Virus record (IMG/VR): IMGVR_UViG_3300032307_000705
Location: 19,723-83,722 of that record
Length of the DNA stretch: 64,000 bases
Origin: a virus
Strand: one strand, 5' to 3'
Each line of letters starts with the position of its first letter. Position 1 is the stretch's first letter. The position numbers and the translations under genes were made by a program. Under the pieces are notes generated by a model, which saw nothing but the letters and a program-made list of their open reading frames with translations, was not told where the DNA came from and made no database searches. Shown piece after piece: positions 41,401 to 51,120 of this stretch.

Positions 41401-42246
41401 ATGAATTTTTTAGAACAAAATGAATCCGCTGAAGATAGAACCAAATTATACATGGAAAATAATCCCTCACTAAAAACAAGAGCTAAACTTCTTTTGAGTT
41501 GGTTGAAAGATGTTGGGGATTTAGGTGAGGACGCTACATTGGAAGATATCATCTTCGTTGGAGATTACTACGATTTAGATAGATTCAGTGTTGAAGGTTC
41601 TGAATATGCGGTAGGTAGTGAATATGACACACATGCATCTGCTGAACAATATATCAAAGATATGATAGATTCCGAAGGGGTATCGGTATTTAATCAAGAT
41701 TTCCTAAAAAGTCACTTGGACATCAAAAGAGTCATGGAATACGCCCAAGATTATTATACTGAAGATGTTTATGATTACGCTGAAGGGTATTTCGATGATA
41801 CAGATAGGATGTTGTCATCTAAACAACAAGAACAAGTTGAAATTTTAACAAACAAACAAAAAAGATTAGAAAATGGAGTAAAACAATTTCAAAATTTTAT
41901 GGAGAAAGGGAATGAAGATTTTTATTCATCCAAAATATCTGAGTTTGAAGAATTAATTGATGATTATGTTTTAGAAATTTTGGAAATAAGATCTGATCCG
42001 CAAGGAGAATTCCCTGATGAATTAATTGATGATATGATTGAAACCAAATTACGTGAGGTTAAAGCCGACCCTTGGGAGTTTATAGGGAGTTTAGATTTAG
42101 ACTATGAACCATTTATAGATGTTGATAGTCTAATAGAAGAAGCGATAGACACGGACGGTTACGGACATTTCCTTGCGACCTACGATGGAGAAGCTCACGA
42201 GGTTTATGATGACAGAGACTTATTTTATATAATGAGAATTGATTAA
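41401..42246 (+). CDS. Acidic hypothetical protein
   Basis: TATTTAT at 41381-41387. Confidence 0.75.
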   Translation: MNFLEQNESAEDRTKLYMENNPSLKTRAKLLLSWLKDVGDLGEDATLEDIIFVGDYYDLDRFSVEGSEYAVGSEYDTHASAEQYIKDMIDSEGVSVFNQDFLKSHLDIKRVMEYAQDYYTEDVYDYAEGYFDDTDRMLSSKQQEQVEILTNKQKRLENGVKQFQNFMEKGNEDFYSSKISEFEELIDDYVLEILEIRSDPQGEFPDELIDDMIETKLREVKADPWEFIGSLDLDYEPFIDVDSLIEEAIDTDGYGHFLATYDGEAHEVYDDRDLFYIMRID

Positions 42247-42272
42247 TAGTTAATAACTATTATAATTTCCCT

Positions 42273-43052
42273 ATGGGTAGAAAGAAAAAAATATCATTCA
42301 AACTAAATCCCGAATGGATGTTCAAAGAGCCATTGGATTTCGAGTACAACAAATATACCTTGTTGGACTATCTTCAGAAATGTGACCAAAGTTTTGACAA
42401 GTTTGAGTTATACCCAAATTTTGTAGAATTATCATTACATTTAGCAAATGTTCAATCAATCTCAAAGGAGAATACACTTTTATTAACCAACAAGAAATTC
42501 GAATCTCCTGATGATGAAATACTTGTTAAAGAATTAACTCCAAAGAAACCAAGACAGTTAACCGAACAAGAAGAAAATGAATTAGACAAAACTCTGAGGT
42601 TTTCGGGGCCAAAACTATTTGACGCCTTCAACATTGCCAAATCAATATGGAACATCGCATTCGAATCTATTGATTTGTATTTACGAAAAAACAAAAACAA
42701 TTTAGTATCAAGTTTAGGATATATTTTTTTCTATCGAAAATCCGAAGAAAAGATGTATGTGTGGGAGTATGAAATTAAGTCTGACAAAAAGGATAAATCC
42801 ACAAACAGAACACATTTGAGTTTGATATCTGAGGGTGGAATTGATGAACGGACACTTACTGAAATTATTGATTCAAATTCAAAATGGAATCAAACCGAAT
42901 TTTACAAATCCTTACCAATATTCGAAATCAAATGTTCGCAGAATTTTCCATTCGAGGAAACGATGGTACCCATCATCAAAAGAAAAGTTATGTCTTACAT
43001 TTTTCAAGTTGTTAATTTCGAAAAAATTAATAACTTTGACTCTCAGAACTAA
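42273..43052 (+). CDS. Hypothetical protein
   Basis: ORF track. Confidence 0.75.
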   Translation: MGRKKKISFKLNPEWMFKEPLDFEYNKYTLLDYLQKCDQSFDKFELYPNFVELSLHLANVQSISKENTLLLTNKKFESPDDEILVKELTPKKPRQLTEQEENELDKTLRFSGPKLFDAFNIAKSIWNIAFESIDLYLRKNKNNLVSSLGYIFFYRKSEEKMYVWEYEIKSDKKDKSTNRTHLSLISEGGIDERTLTEIIDSNSKWNQTEFYKSLPIFEIKCSQNFPFEETMVPIIKRKVMSYIFQVVNFEKINNFDSQN

Positions 43053-43070
43053 CTTTATTATATTTTCAAA

Positions 43071-43253
43071 ATGAGCGTTAACAAGAGATGGGTAAAACTT
43101 GACCAGTGTGTCTCTGCCCTAAAAGAAGGAAGATTGAAAGAATACTACGGAAAAAGTGATATGTTGTATTTTGAGAATGATACTTGTTCTCTTATTTTTA
43201 ACTTGTATGTGGAGGGAAAAACTGATAAAGAAATATTGAATCTAATTAAATAA
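43071..43253 (+). CDS. Hypothetical protein
   Basis: ORF track. Confidence 0.6.
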   Translation: MSVNKRWVKLDQCVSALKEGRLKEYYGKSDMLYFENDTCSLIFNLYVEGKTDKEILNLIK

Positions 43254-43255
43254 AA

Positions 43256-43477
43256 ATGAAAGTTATGAATAAAAATCTAATCAAAATGTTAAAGACCTCA
43301 GCGGAGGCAGATAAAGCAAAAGCACTATTAACTTTAGACTTGTTGGGTAATACTGGTGTAGGTATTGGTGACCACTCAACAAAAGACTTTTATGAGAATG
43401 CTGAAGAAGCTCTCCGTATGTTGGCAGATGCTGATGAACGACTTGAAACTATTGAACAATATTTTGGAAAAAATTAA
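43256..43477 (+). CDS. Hypothetical protein
   Basis: GVGIGDHS motif, helical. Confidence 0.7.
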   Translation: MKVMNKNLIKMLKTSAEADKAKALLTLDLLGNTGVGIGDHSTKDFYENAEEALRMLADADERLETIEQYFGKN

Positions 43478-43593
43478 AAAAGGACTTAAAAAGATAGAAT
43501 GGTTCATTGATATCTATTTTGTTTGGATGTTGTATAGTCCAAGAAAATATGATAGATACAATGAATACATCGGAAAAAAGTGGGGTAAAAACA

Positions 43594-43818
43594 ATGAGTA
43601 AAGAAATGGTAAATCATCCTAACCATTATGGTGGTGAAGACAATACGTACGAGGTTATTAAAGTATGTGAGGCTTGGGAACTTGATAAAGATGCTTACCT
43701 ATTCAACGTGGTTAAATACGTTGCAAGGGCGGGTAAAAAAGACCAAACCAAAGAACTTGAAGACCTGAAGAAAGCAGCATTTTATTTGGACAGAAAAATC
43801 AAAAATTTAGAAAAATGA
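43594..43818 (+). CDS. DUF3310 family (T7 gp1.7 nucleotide-kinase-like) protein
   Basis: VNHPNHY..YEVI..NVVKYVARAGKK..EDLKKA. Confidence 0.85.
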   Translation: MSKEMVNHPNHYGGEDNTYEVIKVCEAWELDKDAYLFNVVKYVARAGKKDQTKELEDLKKAAFYLDRKIKNLEK

Positions 43819-44258
43819 TAATTTGGTTAACAGGACAACCTGGTTCGGGTAAGACAACTCTATGTAAACAAATGATGTTAAACATGGGTTCGGATGTATT
43901 TCATATTGATGGTGATGATTTGAGGGATTTATTTGATAATAAGGATTACTCTGAAGTTGGACGTAGAAAAAATATTGAACTTGCACAACAAATCTCAGAA
44001 TATCTTCATAATAAAGGTAAACACGTATTTGTTTCTTTGGTATCTCCATATAAAGACCAAAGAGATAAGTTCAAATTAAAGATGGAAGATAATCTTTTCG
44101 AAGTTTATCTTTATACAAGTGAGATTAGAGGAAGGGAAGATTACTTCGTAAATGAATATGAACCACCAACTGAAAAGTATCTCAGATTAGACACAACAAA
44201 CGATAGTGTTGAAGAATCAGTAAAAAAAGTTTTAGAGTATGCAAAAAATTCACGTTGA
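43815..44258 (+). CDS. cysC: Adenylylsulfate (APS) kinase-like protein
   Basis: IIWLTGQPGSGKTT, IDGDDLR, YSEVGRRKNI, LVSPY, YEPP. Confidence 0.85.
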   Translation: MIIWLTGQPGSGKTTLCKQMMLNMGSDVFHIDGDDLRDLFDNKDYSEVGRRKNIELAQQISEYLHNKGKHVFVSLVSPYKDQRDKFKLKMEDNLFEVYLYTSEIRGREDYFVNEYEPPTEKYLRLDTTNDSVEESVKKVLEYAKNSR

Positions 44259-44646
44259 GGGAGACCCAAAGTTAAAAAATACTGGTGGGAAACAATATTC
44301 TATGTTTGTGGGGAGATTTCAACCTTTTCATGCAGGACATAGGTGGATTGTGGATGAAATATTAAACGAAGGTAAAAATGTTCTAATTTGTATCAGGGAC
44401 ATTGAACCTGACGATAAAAATCCTTATACTTCACAAGAGGTTGAGAATAGAATTACTGGAGAACTTATAGACTTAATTATGGACGGTAGAGTTAGAGTTA
44501 TGATAATACCTGATATTGAATCGATAAACTTCGGAAGAGGAGTTGGATACGATATTATAGAACATATTCCACCTCAAGAAGTTAGTGATATTTCTGCAAC
44601 CAAAATTAGAGAACAATTAAGAAACGAAGGTAAATTACGATGTTAG
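44239..44646 (+). CDS. Minimal HxGH nucleotidyltransferase (cytidylyl/adenylyltransferase superfamily)
   Basis: GRFQPFHAGH, NPYT, ISATKIRE. Confidence 0.8.
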   Translation: MQKIHVEGDPKLKNTGGKQYSMFVGRFQPFHAGHRWIVDEILNEGKNVLICIRDIEPDDKNPYTSQEVENRITGELIDLIMDGRVRVMIIPDIESINFGRGVGYDIIEHIPPQEVSDISATKIREQLRNEGKLRC

Positions 44647-45500
44647 AAACAAATAAGATTATAAATGGTGACTGTGTTGAGGAAATGGGTAAACTACCTG
44701 AGTCATCAATCGATTTGGTTGTTACATCACCACCATATAATGTGGGGATTGATTATGATACACATGATGACAATCAATCAATGGAGGATTATTGGAAGTT
44801 CACTGAGGATTGGTTGACCCAAGCGTTTCGTATTCTTAAAGATGACGGTAGAGTTGCTATCAACATACCCTACGAAATCAATGTACAAGATAGAGGAGGT
44901 AGAGTATTATTCATGTCTGAATTTTGGTCAGTTATGAAAAAGGTTGGATTCAAATTTTATGGACTTGTTGACCTTGATGAGAACTCACCACACAGAAGTA
45001 AGACCACCGCTTGGGGTTCTTGGATGTCTCCCTCTTCACCTTACATTTACAATCCAAAAGAATGTGTAATCCTTGCTTACAAGAAAGATAGAATCAAGAA
45101 AGTTAAAGGGGAAACACAGTGGGAGTTTGAGATTGTGGATGTAGAACAAGAAGATGGTACATTGAAAAAGAAAACGGTATACAAAGAAGAGGATAAAAAA
45201 GAATTCATGTCTTTGGTTTATGGCCAGTGGGAATATTTCGCAGATACAAAACAACAAACAAAGGCGACATTCTCAATGGATATTCCATCTAAAGCGATTA
45301 AGATTCTTACTTATAAGAATGATATTGTGATGGATCCCTTCACTGGAAGCGGAACTAGTTTGGTCGCTGCGGAAATCTTAGGACGCAGGTGGATTGGGAT
45401 TGAACTAAGTCCTAATTATTCTGAAGTGGCGAGTAAGAGAGTACAACATTTTATTAATCAAAAAAAACAAGGGGTTTTTGATTTTGAATCTAAAACTTAA
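44640..45500 (+). CDS. Beta-class N4-C/N6-A DNA methyltransferase
   Basis: TSPPYN before DPFTGSGTS, IGIEL. Confidence 0.9.
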   Translation: MLETNKIINGDCVEEMGKLPESSIDLVVTSPPYNVGIDYDTHDDNQSMEDYWKFTEDWLTQAFRILKDDGRVAINIPYEINVQDRGGRVLFMSEFWSVMKKVGFKFYGLVDLDENSPHRSKTTAWGSWMSPSSPYIYNPKECVILAYKKDRIKKVKGETQWEFEIVDVEQEDGTLKKKTVYKEEDKKEFMSLVYGQWEYFADTKQQTKATFSMDIPSKAIKILTYKNDIVMDPFTGSGTSLVAAEILGRRWIGIELSPNYSEVASKRVQHFINQKKQGVFDFESKT

Positions 45501-45524
45501 AAAGGTCTTCAGGACCTTTTTTTT
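45499..45524 (+). terminator. Rho-independent terminator
   Basis: AAAAAGGTC-TTCAG-GACCTTTTT plus T run. Confidence 0.75.
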
Positions 45525-45546
45525 GTTTATTGTTATATTTATGAAG

Positions 45547-45918
45547 ATGAAAGAAGAATTAATTAAAAAATTGGTACAAGTACAACTTCAATGGAAGTTT
45601 TTACATTGGCAAACATACGGAGATGCGAAACACAGAACTTATGGTGAATTATATGACGGACTTGGTGATTTAATTGATGAATTCACTGAAGTGATGATGG
45701 GAAAATACGGTAGACCTGAATTCGAACCTGAATTTGCTTTGATGTTTCAAGACATTTCCTCCATCAGTATACAAAATTTTATGGATGGGATTACAGAATT
45801 TTTAGTTAGTTTTTCAGACCAATTGGATACAAGATATGATACAGACTTGTTGAATATTAGAGATGAAATGTTGGCATTGATTAACAAATCTAAATTCTTA
45901 TTAACCTTAAAATCTTAA
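45547..45918 (+). CDS. Ferritin/Dps-like four-helix protein (DUF5856-like)
   Basis: LHWQT..H..YD.L..LIDEFTE..G; TATTTAT at 45536-45542. Confidence 0.7.
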   Translation: MKEELIKKLVQVQLQWKFLHWQTYGDAKHRTYGELYDGLGDLIDEFTEVMMGKYGRPEFEPEFALMFQDISSISIQNFMDGITEFLVSFSDQLDTRYDTDLLNIRDEMLALINKSKFLLTLKS

Positions 45919-45920
45919 TC

Positions 45921-46283
45921 ATGGCAAAAGTAATAAAATTAACTGAATCGGATTTAACAAGAGTTGTTAGAAGAGTGATTAACGAACAAATGTATCACCG
46001 AGAACATATTTACAGAATACAGGCTTTTCTGAATAAAAGAATGAATGCGGGTTTGGTAGTTGATGGTAGAACTGGTCGAAATTCAAAGACTGAGGAAGCA
46101 ATTGCTAAATACCAAGACATGATCGGAGTATATCCTACAGATGGACAATTTGGGGACAAAACTTACGCCAAAATGCCTGAAAAGGACAAAATTATGTTGA
46201 AAAACATAAATGCTAATGAGTATGGTGTACACGAAGATTATTGGGGAAATTTTCTCGATTGGGTCAAAAAACAGTTCCAATGA
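45921..46283 (+). CDS. Leader + peptidoglycan-binding domain protein
   Basis: MAKVIKLTESDLTRVVRRVINEQ; IQAFLN..VVDGRTG..AIAKYQ..DGQFGDKT. Confidence 0.75.
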   Translation: MAKVIKLTESDLTRVVRRVINEQMYHREHIYRIQAFLNKRMNAGLVVDGRTGRNSKTEEAIAKYQDMIGVYPTDGQFGDKTYAKMPEKDKIMLKNINANEYGVHEDYWGNFLDWVKKQFQ

Positions 46284-47683
46284 AAAAAATATTAAAAGAG
46301 AGTGGTATTCGGGATATTAAAGAATTAAGTAAACGATATCCCAAGGCAGAAATCTACTTCCATCAGGATTTAGATGGGGTAACGACTGCGATTGCAATGA
46401 AAAAGTACCTTGAGAGTAATGGTATTGATGTTGTTGACGCTCACGTAATTCAATACGGGGACAAAGAATTCGCAGTAAAAAAGAATGACGCAATGGGAGA
46501 TACCATGCCAGTACTTGTTGACTTTGCACATGGAAAACCAATGTTTGTTATTCACACAGACCATCATGATAGACAGGCTGGTGCTGAAGATACAAAGTCT
46601 ACATCATTTCGACAGTCTCGATCTAATGTTGCAACAATATCACAGGTTGTTTCACCAAAAGACCTTTTTCCATCATCAGATATATTGTTAATCAATACAG
46701 TTGACTCAGCAGATTTTGCAAGACAAAACTTAAGTCCCGAAGACGTAGTTAATTATCTTTACCGATTTGATAGAGAAACTTCCCTTCAAGGAAATAAGAT
46801 GTTGTTAGGATTGGTGATTAACAAATTATTGCTAGCGTTCAAGAACAAACCTGGTTTCTTAGAGATGTTAGTTATGGATTCACAACCATCTCTGATGTCT
46901 ATTTTGAATAATATCAAATCTTGGATGAAGTCTGTTGGAGCTCCAACACCTGAAGAACTACAGAAGAACGCCGAAGATTATACACAGAAAATGAAATCAT
47001 TTCCAACTGTAACGGATAATATCATTTTCCAATATGGTGGAGGAAGTATGTTTAAGCCAGGTTCTTATGATAGATACACTCCTTATAAGAACAATCCTGA
47101 GGCAGATTTTTTAATTATGGCATGGCCGATGGGACTTGTCCAAGCATCTTGTAACCCATTCAAACAAGATAGAGAACTTAAAGGTGTAAATTTGGGTGAG
47201 ATTGCTCAGGAAGTATTGGGTAAATGGGAAGAACAATTAAGACAAAAAACTGTCCCATTATCAACAATAAAGTGGGTTAGTGAAACAAGTGTTGGACCTG
47301 AGAGTATTGGATTCACATTCAAAGATTTTAAGGCGTTGTATGGGGACAAAATAATGTTCATGGATAATGGTGAAAAAGTCATGAGTAAAATTGAATCTAT
47401 GATGGAAAAACCTTTCAAGAGTTTGACTGAAGATGAGATGAGAATTTTGGATAAAATTGGAGTCAATGCTTGGGATTTGATACAATCTAACTCAGGTGGA
47501 CACAAATGTATTACAAATATATCAGGGTTAAACTATCTTGGTAGAAGTACAAGACCTCCTCAAGGTGGATACAAGTATAATGATTCAGAAGATAGTCCAA
47601 CAGTTAAGTTTACAAAAATGATTGCAAATCAATTCCAAAAAATTTTGAAGGAAAAAATAGCGGAATCTAAAACAAGTAATTAA
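46280..47683 (+). CDS. DHH-family phosphoesterase-like protein
   Basis: HQDLDG, LVDF, TDHHD, late SGGHK; MKKILKES start coupled to previous stop. Confidence 0.7.
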   Translation: MKKILKESGIRDIKELSKRYPKAEIYFHQDLDGVTTAIAMKKYLESNGIDVVDAHVIQYGDKEFAVKKNDAMGDTMPVLVDFAHGKPMFVIHTDHHDRQAGAEDTKSTSFRQSRSNVATISQVVSPKDLFPSSDILLINTVDSADFARQNLSPEDVVNYLYRFDRETSLQGNKMLLGLVINKLLLAFKNKPGFLEMLVMDSQPSLMSILNNIKSWMKSVGAPTPEELQKNAEDYTQKMKSFPTVTDNIIFQYGGGSMFKPGSYDRYTPYKNNPEADFLIMAWPMGLVQASCNPFKQDRELKGVNLGEIAQEVLGKWEEQLRQKTVPLSTIKWVSETSVGPESIGFTFKDFKALYGDKIMFMDNGEKVMSKIESMMEKPFKSLTEDEMRILDKIGVNAWDLIQSNSGGHKCITNISGLNYLGRSTRPPQGGYKYNDSEDSPTVKFTKMIANQFQKILKEKIAESKTSN

Positions 47684-48014
47684 CTGTATCTCCAGGTTTG
47701 ATATCTAACTTTTGACAAGCACCTCCACGTAATTCTAATACGATATTCCCATTACCGCAATAAGAAGGACAATCATCTTGAAGACACGGAGGACAATCAT
47801 GATGGATGTTGACAATGACATTATTTTTTATTATAATAATGTCCAAAGGTATAATACAGTTTTTCATCCAAAAACATTGTTCCTTTCCTCCCATTAAAAA
47901 TAACATACCTTGTTTGATATGGGAAAATCTTTTACCCATCATTCCAATTTGTTGAGAACGTGGGTCTAAAAGAGTAATAACTTCGAATCTGTGATTATTT
48001 ATTGAAACATCCAT
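47667..48014 (-). CDS. DUF192 family protein
   Basis: GMLF..FWMKNCIIPLDII..VLEL; TATTTAT at 48019-48025 (minus). Confidence 0.85.
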   Translation of the reverse strand: MDVSINNHRFEVITLLDPRSQQIGMMGKRFSHIKQGMLFLMGGKEQCFWMKNCIIPLDIIIIKNNVIVNIHHDCPPCLQDDCPSYCGNGNIVLELRGGACQKLDIKPGDTVNYLF

Positions 48015-48039
48015 AATTATAAATACAAATTAAGTTAAA

Positions 48040-48450
48040 ATGTACTCAGGTGTAATACTAAAATACAGAGATAAGTTTTTATTATGTAAACGTAATGAAA
48101 ACCAATCTCATGCAAATCAATGGTTCATTCCCACAGGTAAAATTGAGAGGGGAGAAACTCCAAGAGAAGCTGCGGTTCGTGAATTATATGAGGAGACTGA
48201 CTTTGAATTATCAGAGAATGATATAGATTTCATTGGAACAATTCCTACAATTGACAATGATGAGTCCAACAATAACTTTATTTATGTGTTTATATCTGAA
48301 TTGAGTGATGAAATACTACCTGATTTGGATGCAGCATCAGATGGACACGAGCATAGTAAATGTGGATATTTCACTTTGAAAGAAACAAAAAAATTGGGAT
48401 TGGAGTCGAATTTACGGACAATATTAAAAAAATATTTTTCTACCAGTTGA
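48040..48450 (+). CDS. NUDIX hydrolase
   Basis: GKIERGETPREAAVRELYEETD Nudix box. Confidence 0.9.
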   Translation: MYSGVILKYRDKFLLCKRNENQSHANQWFIPTGKIERGETPREAAVRELYEETDFELSENDIDFIGTIPTIDNDESNNNFIYVFISELSDEILPDLDAASDGHEHSKCGYFTLKETKKLGLESNLRTILKKYFSTS

Positions 48451-48526
48451 TTTTTAATAAATGTTGTCTATATTTATATAACTGAATCGAGAGATTCAAC
48501 ACCCCCACAAAAAAGTTTCACTACAA

Positions 48527-48558
48527 TTTGATTTTGAAAAAGAGAATTGTTATCTTTG
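48527..48558 (+). promoter_or_regulatory. Bacteroidota-type promoter TTTG-N20-TATCTTTG upstream of the tRNA
   Basis: TTTG 48527-48530, TATCTTTG 48551-48558. Confidence 0.7.
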
Positions 48559-48640
48559 TGAAACATTTGTCCCACAAATGAGAATTCGAGAGAAAAGGAG
48601 TTTGTGGGACTTTTTTGTCGAAAGTTCTTAAAAAATATAT

Positions 48641-48712
48641 CGCAGGATAGAGCAGTGGAAGCTCGTCAGGCTCATAACCTGAAGGTCGAAAGTTCGAATC
48701 TTTCTCCTGCTA
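48641..48712 (+). tRNA. tRNA-Met(CAT), initiator-like; CCA not encoded
   Basis: Cloverleaf CGCAGGA/TCCTGCT, GAGC/GCTC, TCAGG-CTCATAA-CCTGA, GAAAG-TTCGAAT-CTTTC; C1:U72 mismatch and A11:U24. Confidence 0.92.
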
Positions 48713-48889
48713 CATCGTGAGTTAGAGAACCGGTTATCTAAACGTTAGTTCGTGAAGAGCCATACGTCATACTAACTCACAAAACTTGAGATAAATTTTA
48801 TTTTTATTCTCACCCCTACTAAAAAAAGTAGGGGATTTTTTTTTATTATTGTAGGAGTTTACTATATTTGTAAGACAAACGACGAAGAT

Positions 48890-49171
48890 ATGAACATGAC
48901 ATCCCACAACATCAAGATTCAACACGAAAAGTTCGGAATTCTTTTGAATGAGACATTTGTGAATGGAACTCAATTCAAACTTTTTCTTAAGATGATTCAG
49001 GGAAGTATTGAATTGAAAAATGATTTGACGTTTTTCAATGGTGTGGATTTCTTTGTTCACGTTCCTTATAAACACTTGGTAGATTCCATCATTACCACGA
49101 ATGTGGATAGTTATACATTAGCAGAACATCTTATTAATAAATCTAAAATCGAAGCGGAGGTAACAAAATGA
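48890..49171 (+). CDS. Hypothetical protein
   Basis: TATATTTG box at 48863-48870. Confidence 0.7.
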   Translation: MNMTSHNIKIQHEKFGILLNETFVNGTQFKLFLKMIQGSIELKNDLTFFNGVDFFVHVPYKHLVDSIITTNVDSYTLAEHLINKSKIEAEVTK

Positions 49172-49467
49172 TAACAATCGAAGATATTAAAAGTTATTCA
49201 AAACCACATCCAGTTGGTAAGGGTGGAAGAGTTACAAACATATTCAACAATAAATATGAACTATCAATTGTTGGCGGAGCTACAGGTTTGTATGGTGATT
49301 TCGATGAGACATTCGAAGTTGCAATTTTTGACACTGAAAGTAGGAACTTTATCACAAGATATTTCTTCCCTGAACTTGGTGATGATGTGATAGGTCATAT
49401 GAAAGCTGAAAAGTTGGAGGAATTGGCTAACTCTATTTTCAGAAACAACGGTTTCCAAGTCCGATAA
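49168..49467 (+). CDS. Hypothetical protein
   Basis: ATGA coupling; GLYG..FEVAI motif. Confidence 0.7.
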   Translation: MITIEDIKSYSKPHPVGKGGRVTNIFNNKYELSIVGGATGLYGDFDETFEVAIFDTESRNFITRYFFPELGDDVIGHMKAEKLEELANSIFRNNGFQVR

Positions 49468-49508
49468 AACTTGGTGGTGGAAGTTGTACAAAACCTGTAC
49501 AGCCCTAT

Positions 49509-49532
49509 AAAGGAGACTTCGGTCTCCTTTTT
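49509..49532. terminator. Bidirectional terminator between convergent genes
   Basis: AAAGGAGAC-TTCG-GTCTCCTTT. Confidence 0.8.
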
Positions 49533-50363
49533 CTATTTCAAATAATCTAAATCTCGAATGTATCTATTTCGTGGTCTGATGAGCATGTTTTTTTGTAAGT
49601 GCATTTCAGGTTCGTTAGAGTAATCAAGACAGTACATTTGGTCTTTATCTATATTAAGTTCGGCTGATCCGTCCCATCTAGTCAACTGTAAATAATCGTT
49701 GCTTAACCTGAGAAATTGTGTCAAAGACATAACGGGTTCTAATGACTCAGCACGTAATTCACAAAGATCTTGAATTTGTTTGTTCCAAGTAGCGATGAAA
49801 TAAATCTCATAGGATACTTCATCTTCACTTGTGATTTCACCTTCACCTCCACATGTTTCACAAACTGTTTCACCATCCCTATTACATGAAGGGCAATATA
49901 CTCCGCCGCTACCTTCACAGTTATTACAATTCATAGTTTCACTTCCATTACATTCCTCACATTCATCACCGTCATAGTCGTCGCACCATTCACAAGATAC
50001 TTCACCATCACCATCACATGTTGGACATTCTATAATACCTGAACCTTTACATCTTTCACATCTTTCCATACCACTTCCATCACATGATTCACACTCCTTT
50101 ATTGTTGATTTATTTTCGGTTGTCAAAAGTTGTACAAAAGATAAATTGTTAATCATTTTTTCACCTAATTTCAAATCTCCAGTTTTCTTGAGTGAATAGA
50201 TGTATAATGCCAATTTGATTATATTGTCAGGGCCTAAGTAATAGAAGTAATCACTTTGGGTTTCGGCGATCTTTCTAACATCGTAATAAACTTCACCAGG
50301 GTCATCGTAATGTTTTACTAAACCCTGAAGTTTGGTGGCGGTTTTTTTTATTTTCTCATCCAT
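49533..50363 (-). CDS. Protein with DnaJ-type CxxCxGxG zinc-finger repeats, no J-domain
   Basis: Eight CxxC units. Confidence 0.75.
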   Translation of the reverse strand: MDEKIKKTATKLQGLVKHYDDPGEVYYDVRKIAETQSDYFYYLGPDNIIKLALYIYSLKKTGDLKLGEKMINNLSFVQLLTTENKSTIKECESCDGSGMERCERCKGSGIIECPTCDGDGEVSCEWCDDYDGDECEECNGSETMNCNNCEGSGGVYCPSCNRDGETVCETCGGEGEITSEDEVSYEIYFIATWNKQIQDLCELRAESLEPVMSLTQFLRLSNDYLQLTRWDGSAELNIDKDQMYCLDYSNEPEMHLQKNMLIRPRNRYIRDLDYLK

Positions 50364-50366
50364 AAT

Positions 50367-50732
50367 TTAATCTTTGTCAAGATAATGAACTAAAAAAGAA
50401 ATAGTAAAAATATGTGTATCTTCAATCTTATACTCAATTTGATCGATAAAAGATTCGACCTCAACTTTCTGAGATAAAGATAATTTTCTTTCAGGGGTGA
50501 TTGTAACTTTGGATACAATTTTTTCTATTTTTTCTATCATTTTAGATATATCCGTGGCAAAGCCAGGCATCTGAGAATTGATTACCCCAAAGTAATCAAA
50601 CTTAATGATTAATTGATAACCACTGTTTCCGTCATAAAAATCCACATCCAAATCCAATATTTCGAATTGTCGATTCGATTCTTCTCCGATTAAGTATTTT
50701 AACTTTTCTGATAATGTTTTTATGTTAATCAT
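50367..50732 (-). CDS. Hypothetical protein
   Basis: TATTTAT at 50737-50743 (minus); MINIKTLSE start. Confidence 0.7.
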   Translation of the reverse strand: MINIKTLSEKLKYLIGEESNRQFEILDLDVDFYDGNSGYQLIIKFDYFGVINSQMPGFATDISKMIEKIEKIVSKVTITPERKLSLSQKVEVESFIDQIEYKIEDTHIFTISFLVHYLDKD

Positions 50733-50794
50733 ATTGATAAATACATTTATTTTTTCTTTTTAACTAATTATGTTTTGAATATAAAAAACATATT

Positions 50795-51109
50795 ATGTCA
50801 ATCAAAATTACTTTTACTGAAGAAGAGATTTTATCAACGTCAAATTATTATGATATGGGTAAGAAAGTCCATGATAGATTTTGGCAAGCAAAGAGGGACT
50901 TAGAAGGACCTCAAATTGATGATGAACATGTTGGACTAACTATTAATGAAGATGGATTGGTGACAGCTATAAATCGTCCTGATGACTATGATACTTGCGT
51001 TGTGTGTGGGAAGAAAACTCCGTACCTCAAAAGTACAAATATTAATCTTAGATATGGATATATTGAAGGAGCTGGTCAAGCTTGTCCTCACCCTGATAAT
51101 TGCGATTGA
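50795..51109 (+). CDS. Hypothetical protein
   Basis: C-terminal CVVC..YIEGAGQAC. Confidence 0.65.
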   Translation: MSIKITFTEEEILSTSNYYDMGKKVHDRFWQAKRDLEGPQIDDEHVGLTINEDGLVTAINRPDDYDTCVVCGKKTPYLKSTNINLRYGYIEGAGQACPHPDNCD

Positions 51110-51120
51110 ATTTTAGTATA

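Noticed and set aside
40102-42246. Divergent acidic genes as a paralog pair
   Set aside because: Only compositional similarity; no alignable motif found
48767-49075. Minus-strand ORF and similar short antisense ORFs throughout the track
   Set aside because: Overlap better-supported genes that have promoter boxes; no motifs
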